Below, in pieces: positions 48,190-61,024 of a DNA stretch of 64,000 nt. The first letter of the stretch is position 1. Every line of letters starts with the position of its first letter. The translations under genes were made by a program, and so were the position numbers. Source of the DNA: Amoebidium appalachense (Eukaryota; Protista; Ichthyosporea); the NCBI GenBank assembly GCA_963693365.1, contig CAVNZM010000014.1, positions 2,480,001 through 2,544,000 of the forward strand, written 5' to 3'. Below the pieces are notes generated by a model that made no database searches, was not told the DNA's origin, and saw nothing but the letters and a program-made list of their open reading frames with translations.

Positions 48190-50293
48190 CTTGCAGTTTC
48201 TGTAAAAAAGCGGAGGGTAAGCCACACAGACACACACCAGTCTCACAAAGGCCGCGAGATTCGGTGCAAGGAAGCTTAAAAAGCTGCTCTTTCTATGTAT
48301 ACGTCCTAAGAACTTTAACAATGACGTTTGAATACGAACGTCCAGCGAATTTCGGCGGGCAAAAAAAACCAGCCTCTTGCAACAAAACGCGTCGCCTACA
48401 GTGAATGAAAGTGACCAGTTCCAAGTGGCCTACTGTGTGACCTCAAAGGGAAATGGAAACAGGAACCAAGCAAACACGCAGAAAGAACAGATCTCTTTTC
48501 CACCCAAGATCAGCAAAGATCCCGTTACCACTTTAAAGGTACAACTGGTGTCCCTTTGCAATAAACAGAGATGAACATTTGGTTGGAGGATCATACATAC
48601 GTTTACATGTACCCGTGTGTATGTATGTACATGTGTATCAAAACGAATGCCGGTCTCATGTGTTTGAAAACGTGCAGGGTGTTCTACAGCAGTCGAAAGC
48701 AGGGTACGAAACTTAGCATTGGAAATACGGTGTTTTATGTCAACCGATCATAATCTAAGGGAAAATACCAAAAAGCTATTCATGAATCCGGATTAAGTTG
48801 TCTACAATTTATGAAATTTCTGAAATACATGTCGGTACATGAATCGCAAGAGGAAAGGCATCCAATCGGAGCGGCAGCCTCAGGAATTTTTGAATGGCTG
48901 CGATTGGTAAATTCTGCTGCACCAATCGGAACACACCAGCAAAAGCCTCCTAAAGCCGGCATACATATTTTTTCTAGCGGTGCTGTTATATTTTCAGGTT
49001 GCACAGAAGTACAAAAATGTGTGCAAAATATATAATTTGAATTACTAATTTCTTGTGTAAAGCTAATGGCGTTTTATTTTGGTTTTTTCGTGTATTTATA
49101 TCTTCGTTGCAGATATGCACATTGAAAAATGGTGTCATATAAAATTGTGACTTTCAACTACGCATGACCAATCAACACTTCTCAATAAATAAGCATTTCG
49201 ATACTCCTTATGGTAACTATTGAAGACCTCTGGTTGGTTCCGTCACCGTAAAATATTGAATCCTCTGCGCATCCACAAATACACACACACACCGCAAGAA
49301 AAGGTGAAAATCTCGCCATAAACAGCCCAGCGGACACTTTGAATAAGGATTTTTTCTGGTGGCTGTGCGGCTTTTTCGGGCCGCGCCAAGCAAAGCGGCC
49401 GGGCACACACAGACATATGCACTGACTGAAGCTCAAGCCAAGGCCTTCCTCCTAATCTCCCGGGCCTGGAAACTGCAGGGTTCGAATCGGAATCTAAAAA
49501 TGGAACAGGCTGGGTTGGATCGATCGAACGGCAAAGTCAATCGACGCGTACACGTACAGTACTAGTATGGTGCCCCAAGCCCACCGGCCTCCAAGAAATA
49601 AAAAATATAAAAAAATTACTTCCCACCGGTTTCAATTTTTTTTGGATGGATCGAACGCCCTTGACGAGACCTGTCGAATGGCGTGTCAGGCTCAAAAACC
49701 GCCAATCTGACCCCCCTCCGACCCGACCCGGCCCGATCCGGTTACGTCATCAAGCCAGTCCGGCCCGGCCTGAATTGGGTCGGCCCGGTCCGATCGGGTC
49801 ACGCTCCGGGCTGCCCGTGGCCTGGGAGTGCTTGCAAAGCTCTGTAGTTGGACGTGTATGCACACACGTGCACCTTGCCCACCACGTTTATTAGGTTACA
49901 GATATAGCTATGGAGCCATACACCCTGTGTGGCCTCGTCCTTTAATGCACAAATGCTTACATGTGACATGCGGGTTTGCCAAGTTACTGAATGCGACCTT
50001 TTTGCATGAGAATTTTGAACTACAAGGTTTTCGAATTCCACTTCTTATGGCATAGAGCCCGGGCTGCCCTTGGGTTTTTTGGACTCAGCAATGACACTGT
50101 CATACTGGGAATTGGTTACTTGCGAATAAACAATGAAAGTGCGAATAAACAATGAAAGCAGTGAAAAAGTATAAGAGTCACCGGCGTGTATTTAATCAAG
50201 TGCTTATTGATGTAGCTAGTGATTTCGACGTCCTGCAGCGAGGACGCACGTGCAGTGCACTTTCTGACTATTTTTTTGTACATATATAATATT

Positions 50294-53200
50294 AATTAAT
50301 AAGTATGTATAAATTTACTTGATGTAAATGATGCCTAATTAGTTGGGGTGTGACCTGTGCTGGTCACAGGTTCACACCCCACAAAAAGTCTCGTTCCTCT
50401 GCATCATAAAAAGCGGCCGTGCAAGCGCAAGCGGCCGTGCAAGCCTTCCTTTGTCACTTGTCGCTTTATTTTTATTTCGTAGCTTTGGCTTTTTCACTTC
50501 TATTGGTGGTTATGTAGCGTGTGGCTGCACGTTGCCTTCATCAACGGATCAATAAACCCGAATAAACCCGAGTCAAAAGAAAAAAAAGGTTTCAAGGATA
50601 AATCGATAGCTCCGAAAGAAAGTCACTAATTGACCTTAAATTTTTTTTCTTTTGACTGGATTTATTCAACGGAAAGATATGCAAGTATGCACGGCATACG
50701 GAGAAGACAATAAAAACTTCACGAGTTATCCAGTAACAAGTGCATACTGAGATACCTGAACACTGTGTGAAAATCATATAAATACTCAATGTGACGACCA
50801 ACAGAATTCAACAAAAAGTCTAAAGTTTTCACATTGCCAGCTAGTGTAGCAGATACCCGGAGGGAAAGAGGTAAAACGCGACATAAAAATTCACACCTAT
50901 CAACATGCTTGCGATTAAAAAGGTCAGCACAAAAGTGGCACCAGCGGCGATGAAAACAAGAATTACAGCGCCACTGCACAACTTCCCAGGCAATATCAAC
51001 ATCAGAGCACCATACAGACTTATCTACTAGGGTGGTATCCATACGTACAGCAGGAGAAATGTATCCTGCCAAAGCTCCCAAAAAGCGATAATGATCAGTA
51101 CGGTGTTGCCTAAGGAACATAACACATGCCGACTGAGTTTTATCTTTGATTTCTCTATCAGAACGAGAAAGGAACTTATACTGCGTATGGTAATAACGCG
51201 AAAAGGCAGAAAAAACAGGAAGAGAAAAGAAAGAGGGAGTGAGATAGCGAGAGGAAGAATCAGGTGGAAAGAGGGTAGGCTGAGGACATTCAGAAGTAGC
51301 GTTGGTGAATCGGGGGGGAAGAGGGATGGAGGGAGGGGGGGGAAAGAAAGCAGAACGAGAAAGAAACTTATACTGCGTATGGTAATAACGCGAAAAGGCA
51401 GAAAAAACAGGAAGAGAAAAGAAAGAGGGAGTGAGATAGCGAGAGGAAGAATCAGGTGGAAAGAGGGTAGGCTGAGGACAGAACGAGAAAGAAACTTATA
51501 CTGCGTATGGTAATAACGCGAAAAGGCAGAAAAAACAGGAAGAGAAAAGAAAGAGGGAGTGAGATAGCGAGAGGAAGAATCAGGTGGAAAGAGGGTAGGC
51601 TGAGGAAGGCAGAAAAAACAGGAAGAGAAAAGAAAGAGGGAGTGAGATAGCGAGAGGAAATTGGCGGTTTTCCAGAAAACAATGAATGAGCTAGGGGTGG
51701 GGTTTACACACTTTTTATTGCGTGGACACGTATCCCATTCCGAAATGAGCAAATCAATCTGGCTATTTCCGCTTTTCCTTTTTCTCAATTTTGCATATCT
51801 CCCCAGTCGTATTTTCACAATTTCTTAAAAAAAACGAGATATATAGACAAATAATCGCATTATGTCATTGCAACGTTGCTCTCTATTTTTCTATTTTCTC
51901 TATTTTTCAATTTTGCAGATTTCGGCATTTTTGCAATAACAACCTTTTTGCGAGTGAATGTTAGCCTACTTGAAGATTTCTACTTGAATATGGAGACGAT
52001 GCCATCTCAAACTCTCATTAGTCGTGATACACAGTTCACGCCCGTTTTTAGTTTCACGCCTGGGGCCAGAGTTGGCCCACCAGACTTGCATGGTATACGT
52101 GCAGGCTCGACTAAGCCACAGTAATAATGGTGAGTGTCGTTTTTGTACAGCTGCCACCCCCCTAACCGCCTCCCCCTCCTTCTGCCCCTCCCCTCCCCCT
52201 CCTGCTCCATCCCTCTCTGTCTCCCTCTCCCTTTCCACCCCTCCCTTCCTCCCTCCGCTCCCTTCCCCCCCTCCCCTCTCCCTCCCTCCCCGCTACCGCG
52301 CTCTCTCACCCTCCCTGCCTCTCTCTCTCCCTCGTTCCCTCCCTCCTCCCCTCCCTCCCCCCTTCACCCCCGGCTCTCTGTCCCTCCCTCCCTCTTTCTC
52401 TCCTGTCCCCCTCTCCGAGTCCCTCTCGCACTCCCTCCTTCTTTCCTCTCCCCCTCCCTGTCCCCCCCTCTCTCTCCCTCTCTCCCCCTCCCCATGCTCC
52501 CCCACTCTCTCCCTTCTGTGAATATTGAGGTTCCCCCACTTGCTGTCCGTCCGTCCATTCCTCCCTCTCTTTCCTTCTCCCCCCTTCCTCCCCTCCCCTG
52601 TCTCTGTTTCTCGCCCCTCCCTCCGCCCGTCCCCCCCCCCCCCCCCCCCCCCTCCCGCTCCACCCAACCAACCCCACGTCTCGCTCCCTCTCTCCCTCCC
52701 TCCCTCCCGCTCCCTCTCTCTCCCCCCCCCCCCCCCTTCCCCCCCCCCCCCCCTCTCTCTCTCTCTCTCACTCTCTCCTCTCTCTCTCTCTTCCCCTCCT
52801 CCCTCCCCCCCTCCCCCCTCCCCCTCCCCCCCCCCCCTTCTCCCCACTCTCTCCCTCCTGCCACCTTTTTCTGCTTTCTTATTCTGTCTGACTGGGCTAC
52901 GTCCTGTTCTAACTTTTAGCTCTCGAATGTCTGAACACTTGTGCCTTTTCGTCTCTTGCCCCCATTTCCTTTTCTGTCCAAGTATTCTGTGTGAGGCATC
53001 TAAGGGAGTGGGCAGGCTCGTGTGTGCAACGGCAACAGATAGTGTTGGCTCTTGCATTTGTCTTTTTGCAAAATTGTTGTGTGCATGGCTGTCATACTCC
53101 ACACACATGCGAGTGCTTGCCGTATGCACAGGTGTTTCTTACTTCCCCCGTCTGTCTCTTTAACACGTCAATGCTTCCTAGTCCTGTCTGCTTGTCGTTG

Positions 53201-53318
53201 CACACACATGCTTATGGTGGGTGGATAGCGGGCAAACTGGTGTGTGCCCTTTGTTTTGCAATGACTGATTTATGTTGTCCGTCATGAAAAAAAAACAAGG
53301 CATTCTAACCCTTTTTAA

Positions 53319-53352
<34 letters not shown>

Positions 53353-53378
53353 ACCACCACCACCACCACCACCACTAC

Positions 53379-53413
<35 letters not shown>

Positions 53414-53692
53414 CACTTACATGCACAAAAGGTCGTCGCCCCATTCTTTGTGCTGTTCCTCCTTTATTCCTATCTTGTTTCCATCTGGACCTCCTTATTG
53501 TTTATTTCTCCCCGTGCCCAGCCCTCAGTCTTGGACTTCTCGTTATCGACGATCTCTCTCCCCCCCCCCCCCCCCCCCCCCCCCCCCCTTTTCCCCCTCA
53601 CACATAATTAGTGACCTTCGCGTGCACCACACACACACAAGCATGCGCGCACGCACACACACACACCGCCACACACACACACACACACACGT

Positions 53693-53741
<49 letters not shown>

Positions 53742-54116
53742 TGTGCGTGCTCAAAATGAGGGCGGTGTGTAAGATTATTCATGCTACATGTGCACACGAC
53801 CACACCACACACAATGCTTGTAGGTTCGTCAGGACGTGAAGGTTGTGATCGAATAAAAGGTACATGCTCTCTTTTATTTATGGACAAAGGTACAGAGCAA
53901 AGTGCAACTGTTGTGTTGTTGTCCCGGTGACTGCAAGTTCAACAGCTACCACAAAGCACGCATGCTAGAAAGAAAATAAGGTGTTCTACGTGCTCAGCGC
54001 TATCGATTTATCCTTGAAACTTTTTTTTTCTTTTGAAGGCAACGTGCAGCCACAGGCTACACCCCAACTAATTAGGCATCATTTACATCAAGTAAATTTA
54101 TACATACTTATTAATT
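50294..54116. mobile_element. ~3.8-kb non-autonomous element with long inverted arms
   Basis: Perfect ~57-bp IR AATTAATAAGTATG...AGTTGGGGTGT (50294-50351 vs 54059-54116). Further inverted blocks at 50515-50610 vs 53999-54060; the right arm is internally deleted. No transposase recognised. Confidence 0.7.
51159..51659. repeat. 128-bp purine-rich tandem repeat, ~3.4 copies
   Basis: CAGAACGAGAAAG(G/A)AACTTATACTGCGTATGG...GGTAGGCTGAGGA at 51159, 51351 and 51479, with a partial copy at 51607-51659. Confidence 0.92.
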
Positions 54117-54522
54117 CGAAGTAGACATCAAGACGGACATTTTGACGTGTCTATTTCCTTTTTACCAACCTCGGTCAGAGGTTGGGTTTTGGGGGATAGG
54201 GGTTTGGGGGAAGGGGAGACCCGGTCTCACGTGAGATGCCAAGAAAGAGAGAGAGAGAAAAAAAAGATTGTACAGTACAGCCAATCAGGGCGCTCGAACT
54301 TCTATTTGTCTTGGTGAGCTCGGGGAGCCACGATGGGAGTGTCTGATGGGAGTCTTGGCTCGAGCTCCGGCAATTTACTGGCAAATTCGCGGCCAATCGC
54401 GACCGGGGAAGGGTGCGTGTAATTTTCCGAGATTTTCAAAATTTCGAGAACCACCCGTTGCGAGCGAGCACGAGACCGAAAAAGAAGATGTATACGAGAT
54501 CTGAGAGGGAGAGAGAGAGATC

Positions 54523-54553
<31 letters not shown>

Positions 54554-55497
54554 TGCAGGAGACCAGTGTACATGTTCTACACGTGACGCCTTCAAAAGGC
54601 CGGACAGTACACTCGTGCAGGTGGACTGCATTGTAGACGGCCCATGTACATAATTATAAACCACGGACGTCACGCGCCAAACATCACGGTACACAAACCA
54701 GTCACATGCATACGACTGAGGACGATTCAATCAAGGATATGTATGACATGGCTCTTGGCCTTTGAAATCCTCGAGCTTGACATACACGCTTCGACCGAGG
54801 TTGGGCCATATTCGAGGATCAAATCCGAGAATCATTTATCTCAATTCTATGGGGAGCGACATGCTCTCAGATCGGGACGATTTTGGGGTCTGACATTGGA
54901 GGGTTTTAGACTACTGTAAACGAGGTACCATACTCAAAAGTGACTAAACACGCGAAGCTTTCCAAGGCTCACTGACCCGCGAGAAGAAACATGACTACTT
55001 GAAACCGTCATACATGAATATAGTATACACGCAAACACACATAAATGCACAAATGTGTATTTATGTTTCAGCTGTGGAGCTAATGTGGTTGCGTGTGCCA
55101 ACCAGGGTTGCAGTGGTATGGGTGGTGGTGGTGGGTGTGGCGTAAGAGGAGAAGGGGGAGGAGGAGGGGGAGAGGGAGGGGGGGCGGGGGGAGGGAGGAA
55201 CACTGGCACACACACACGCGCGCACACACACATACAAACACCCATTATACACGCTCTCACTCCTGCGCCAAGCAAAGAGCCGAGGGAGAGAAAGAGCTCC
55301 CTAACACACAACTTCAGACTCCGGCGTCGGCACAATGGAAACGCAAACACGCACACACCCAAACATGTACACGGTCACACACGCACGCACGCATATACAC
55401 AAAAGGCCTAAAGAAAACACGCACACTCCACATCGGCCGCACAACCACACACACACATACTCACCCATCCACACACACACTCGATAGCTCTCTCTCG

Positions 55498-55532
<35 letters not shown>

Positions 55533-55688
55533 CCTCCCTCTTTTTTTCTAAGCATCAGAAGCTTAAGCCATGTTTTAAGTGTATATACTTGGTTCGGCCC
55601 TATTTAATTTATGAAAAGAGTTGCTAGATGGCAGGAAAAGGTCGGGAGGGAGCAGAGACTATCGTTTTTTGGTACTGCGAGTGTGTAT

Positions 55689-55742
<54 letters not shown>

Positions 55743-55894
55743 ACCTCTAGTGATGGGTGGAGCGGTAGGCACCGGGAAACCACACGGTTAGCTGTGCAAA
55801 GGGAGGAAATGGGGAAGAACAAAGGCTAGCCATCCAGCCCCCCTCCCCAATTGTCAGGATGCGTGGTGGTGGTGGTGGTGGTGCTGGTGGTGGT

Positions 55895-55948
<54 letters not shown>

Positions 55949-56345
55949 GTGAACACAAGTGGGTTGGGTTGCTTCCCATTATTCTCCCTTTTCCCCTTTT
56001 CTTCCTTGTGGCGGGTTTCCTTAAATCAAAACTCCTTATCTTAGGGTAAATATAATCCGCCACCCATTTTGAACGTGGTTGCTCAGAAGCAAGTGATCCT
56101 TCGGCTTTACACTGCAGCACAGTGCCTTTCCTGCCCGAAGGCGTAGTTGCGTAGTTGGGCTGGCAGCCATACACACTATTCTGAATAGGCATCTTTATAC
56201 CCCATTTAAGATTAGCTAAATACGTAACTTAACGGTGTTTCAAGAGCCAAGAATGTTGGCTTTCGTTTGGTGTTTGTCCTTAGCTACGCAAAAAACAACA
56301 GTATGAGGCTCAGCCTGCTCGTAAACAACAGCTTGAACAGTTATT

Positions 56346-56880
56346 GGTTCGATTCGTGTCAAAAGCCAGATTGCCAGATTGCCAGATTAAAAACCGCCTC
56401 GCCAAAAATGGTTATTCGTCGATCAATCGAATCGGAACGTAAAATTTAAACAAAATTTTAAGGCCAGATTCAATTTGACCCCTCTTCCAGATTCCAGAAT
56501 CTGGCGACGGGGGGCCCCCTTTCCAGATTGCCAGATTGACCCTGCGCCTTACGATTGGCCACGCCAGCACCATATAAAGTTCGTATCCAATCCTAGGCGT
56601 TTTGCCTTATTAGTATAGCTTTTCAAAAATGCATAAAACTTGGTAATAAATGCCCATTTAACAAAATAAAAATTATTTAAATAATATTTCAAAACTATTA
56701 TTGTTCATTAAGATAAGCCAAGATATTCTATTACCGCGCAAAATGGCAAGTGCCTTCTTGACCCAAAAAGCTAGATTTTAGCTCTACAAGAACCGGACCG
56801 AAATCTAGCCTTTCTGGAATGCCATCAAAATTCTGGCATTCTGGCAATCTGGCAATCTGGCTTTTCACACGAATCGAACC
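56346..56880. mobile_element. MITE, PIF/Harbinger(Tourist)-like, 535 bp
   Basis: TIR GGTTCGATTCGTGT(C/G)AAAAGCCAGATTGCCAGATTGCCAGA, 3-bp direct repeat ATT on both sides, and subterminal GCCAGATT repeats. The superfamily is inferred from the GG termini and 3-bp TSD. Confidence 0.82.
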
Positions 56881-57186
56881 ATTGTAGCTACGAACGATGC
56901 GATTGGCCAATCTGCCCGCCAAAACCAGCCTGTTACTATTTTCGGAACAGGCCCTCTCATTTTGATGCGCTATTTTCGGAACATGGCTGGACTGGGTGAT
57001 CATTTCGGGTCAGGCTGGAGTACGCCTGGCCCGGAATTCAGCATAAGATCGTGACGCATTAGTTTCCAGGCCCGGGAGATTAGGAGGCCTTGGTTCAAGC
57101 CTTCGGGCCCAGGCCAGGCAAGCTCTATAGATTAAATACTTAGGTACAGACCTTTCATTGAAATTAGGTGAAAATTTGGGAATAAA

Positions 57187-57242
57187 TGACGTCATTTTAC
57201 TTGCAGACTACTTATTACACAGAAGGCGCAGTAGTGACGTCA
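57187..57242 (+). promoter_or_regulatory. Two full CRE/ATF palindromes upstream of ATG 57421
   Basis: TGACGTCA at 57187-57194 and 57235-57242, in a microsatellite-free, promoter-like region. Function is inferred. Confidence 0.5.
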
Positions 57243-57420
57243 CGGATCCCCGATAAAACTTTTCCGTTCAAAGATTCCTCTTTTTTTTTTTTTGACCGTC
57301 ATGTTTCGGAAGTTTGTGACCCCTACATTTCTCCCCATTCCTGCGGAGAATTGACACACACAGACTCCTTGTAAACATAGACGTATTTTTCGCTTCACTC
57401 AACCCAAAAGCATTTGAAAA

Positions 57421-58598
57421 ATGGAGGCCCCTTCAAGTCAACGAGGGAAAACGGTGACCGTAGCAACTCCCTCAGGAATGAAAATCTACGAAGAAAAACG
57501 ACCTTCTAAGTTGTCTCTAATGCTGTGTGAAAACAACATTCTGTCTCAGCTTGTCATTACGCTGCTAATCGTCTTTGTGGCTCTTGGTTTCATCTTCCTC
57601 GGGGTGAGCTTTCCCTTCTTCGCGAGCCCGGGAACCTTTGCACCGTAAAGTGGACAGGTGTCGAGGAAAAAACAAAGAACATCGCAAGGAGAGGAGCACG
57701 GGGCTGATGTTATGATGAGGGCAGAAAGCCTGACGTCGTGAAAACGAAGTTATGAATGAACGAAAAATATATTACACAAGTGCTCTACTGTTCTTGTATA
57801 TATATACTAAAATAAATGATTACGGACATAAAGAAAAAAACCATAATAACATCCTGTTTTCTTGAATAAAGCATGGGTTCCTTCTATTTATGCTCTTTCT
57901 TGAGAAACACTTGGAAATATGAGATCAGAAAACTTTTAGTAGTCTGTGTGATATGGAGAGGCACATCACTGTGTAGACAGGCCCATCGTTGTCTTGGAAT
58001 CCTTGCAAAGACATTGTTAAGAAAAGGTGTCTGGAAGCAATTTAAGTTAAAACATTTCAACTAGAGCAGAACATAGGTTGAAAACGTTGCAAGCAATGGT
58101 TTAAACCGCAGCATATACAGAAACGAAACCCTTTGGAGAGAGTGTGTTGTTTTACGTCAGATCCTAAAAATACTGGGAGATACGGACACACAACCCTACC
58201 CCTGGTGGGTGGGTACTTCCACGTGCGGCAAAAAAAAATGAGGGCCAGTAACGCTTTCAGCATTACACCACAAGTAATGTTCGCAAGCATTGTTCGGCTG
58301 GCTTTGTCACGATGTTTTCGGGTGATGAACGTGTGTGATGTCCAGAGCTGTGTTCTTGCTTCTTGTAGGGCAGACTCACCCCCTCCCCCCCCCCCCCCCT
58401 CCCCCCCCTCCCCCCCCTCCTCCCAAGCCACCACCATTTCCTATACTCACAACCACAACGAACACATACATACTCGCGCGTGCGTGTGTGCGCGTGCGCT
58501 CAGAAATAGACACATACACAGATACACACACACACAGCACCGTCGACAACCCACTTTTCATCTGGAAAGCCCATTCAGCCCAGGAGACATTGTGACAG

Positions 58599-58657
<59 letters not shown>

Positions 58658-59085
58658 CAAAAAAAAAAAAAAAAAAAAAAAAAAAACCAACCCACCCACC
58701 CACCACTTTCACTACCACCACCACCACCACCACCACCCACCCTCCACCACTATGCCTATGGCATGAGCCCATACCCCTGGAGGGTGGCCTCTATATTGCA
58801 TCCTTTTTTTTTTGTTGGGGAAGGGGTAGGGTGTGTGTGTGGGGGGGGGGGGGGGGGGGGGGAGGGGGGGGTTATCTCCGCACCAACTTAACTCGCATAA
58901 GCACTTCGTAAGGTGTACTCTCTCGGAAATCCCTCCCCCCCATCCGCACACACGAGGGAGGGCATGGAAGGAAAGAAGAAAAAAAAAACGGAAAAAGAAA
59001 AAATTGAAAAGGGGGCATTCGTTCTTTGATACCAAGTTACATGTACCGCTCCCCGTCCACACACAAACAATCACATTCCCCCGTG

Positions 59086-59154
<69 letters not shown>

Positions 59155-59324
59155 ACGCACACACAGACACACGCACATACACAGAGAGAGGGAGAGAGAC
59201 ACTGCATGCCTCACCCTTCGATGGCCCCCCTTCCCCCCTCCTCCGCCACCCTTGTCCCTAGTCCAGGACACCTGAAGAAACCTATCCCAACCTCTACCCT
59301 TTCTTTGTTGATTTGCGCGGGTGA
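57421..59324 (+). CDS. Small single-pass membrane protein of unknown function (~94 aa)
   Basis: Exon 57421-57603 (MEAPSSQ...ILSQLVITLLIVFVALGFIFLG, donor GTGAG), exon 58161-58204 (ILKILGDTDTQPYP), exon 59267-59324 (WTPEETYPNLYPFFVDLRG*). One hydrophobic segment and CRE motifs upstream. An alternative AG at 59260-59261 gives a longer frame ending at 59439. Confidence 0.55.
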
Positions 59325-59839
59325 TTTTATTTTTCTGGACACAAAGTTACAACGGTCCTACATGCATCCAGAAACACAAGAAATTCCATCGGTCAACGGG
59401 CATGTACCAGAGAGGGGCTTTTGGGCAGTACTTCCGTAGGCGGAGTATGCAAGGATTCTGGGGGGGGTATAGGGAGGCTGAGGGGGGAAAGAGTGTTGAA
59501 GTTAATGTTGAACGTGCTGGGAAAGTGTGTTTTCAAGTTATGACGTTTGGGATTTGCCAAATTTGGAAGCCTGTACTACAAAGGAGCAGTTACTGCTATT
59601 GGCTCAAAGTCACGAGGCGTTACATGAGGGTTTTTTGTGCAGCTGTTTTCAATAAATATATCTTCGAGTGGCAGGAAGGGTAAGCATTGCTTCTGTCTAG
59701 CAATCGTCAATACCAGCTATGGAAAGAAAGGGCCTTGTGGGTGGATGGGTGGTCGGTGGGTGTTTTGTTTTTATTTTTGAACTTTTTTTTATTATTCTTT
59801 TTTTTTTTCCCTTTTTTTTTTTTTTGTGGGTGTGTGTGT

Positions 59840-59870
<31 letters not shown>

Positions 59871-60262
59871 GGGGGGGTCATGCGTGTGTCTATATGGTGC
59901 CTAAATGTATGCCCATCTAAGACGTAGAACGGTCGGCAAAATGTTACTGTAATGCTCGCATATGACCCAACAGCCGGCTACTGGTGGTGGTGGTTGGGTG
60001 GGTGGGTGGGTGGGGGGGGGGGGGGGCATGTTATGCAGTAATAACATAGTGAATGATGTTGGGACATCGTATGGGTCTGGCATAATGTGCTCGCGTGTGC
60101 CAGCATACCTTTAGCGTGTGCATGTGCCCGTGTGTGTCACGGTGTGTGTGTGTGTGTGTGTGTGTGTGACGGTATGTGCATGCGTGTGCGTGAGTGAACA
60201 GCTGTGTGTTTGACTCTCTCCGACTCTGTGTGTGTGTGTGTGCATGTGTGTGTGTCTGTGTG

Positions 60263-60328
<66 letters not shown>

Positions 60329-60679
60329 TAGTGTGTGTGTGTGTGTTTGAGCGTGTCTTGTGTGCCACAGAAGCCGAAGGGGAGGGGAAGAAGGGAGGGG
60401 AAAAGGGGGGGGGGGGGAGAGGGGGGGGGGGGGGGGGGGGAGGGGACGTTACAAAATTTATGCACGTCTGTGGGTTGTGTGTTAATATTGGTGCACGAGC
60501 GAGCAATCTAAAGATACATGACATGCGTGCTGCAGGGTTGTGTGGTTACACAGCATGGCTGGGATCACAAATTAAAGGGAACCCAACATGGGGGATTTCT
60601 TTGGGGAGGGGGAGGGGGAGGTGGTGGTGGTGGTGGTGGGGGGGGGGGGGGGGGGGGGGGGGGGGTAAGTGGTGGTGAT

Positions 60680-60711
<32 letters not shown>

Positions 60712-60746
60712 CAGGCATTTCGATCAACAAACACATTGTGTGGTTA

Positions 60747-61024
60747 CAGATTCCGTCCGCGAATAAGGATCCCGCCAATAAGATTTCGTCCCCGGCAAAA
60801 TCGTTTTTTTTTTTTTTTTTTTTTTTTTTTGCCCCCTGCCCCCCGGCCAGTTTTCGGGATGATCTTATTGGCGGTCGGATGAGTAGATCATGCTGCCCCC
60901 CCCCCCCCCCCCCCCCCCCCCTCCCCCCCCCCAGGCCATTAAGATTCTGACCCCGATCCTCCAAAAAATTCAAGATTCCGCACCCCCGGCCACATTTTGG
61001 GGGGTCCTTATTCACGGACGTCTG
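60747..61024. mobile_element. MITE, Tc1/mariner-pogo type, 278 bp
   Basis: TA|CAGA..CGTCCG(C/T)GAATAAGGA(T/C)CCC ... reverse complement TCTG|TA. TA TSD and an internal inverted pair CCGCCAATAAGAT/ATCTTATTGGCGG. Confidence 0.8.

Noticed and set aside
50719-51120. 133-aa ORF as the transposase of the long-TIR element
   Set aside because: No DDE, HUH or tyrosine-recombinase motif recognised.
51027-51818. 263-aa hydrophobic ORF and its 140-aa antisense ORF
   Set aside because: By-products of the 128-bp purine-rich tandem repeat.
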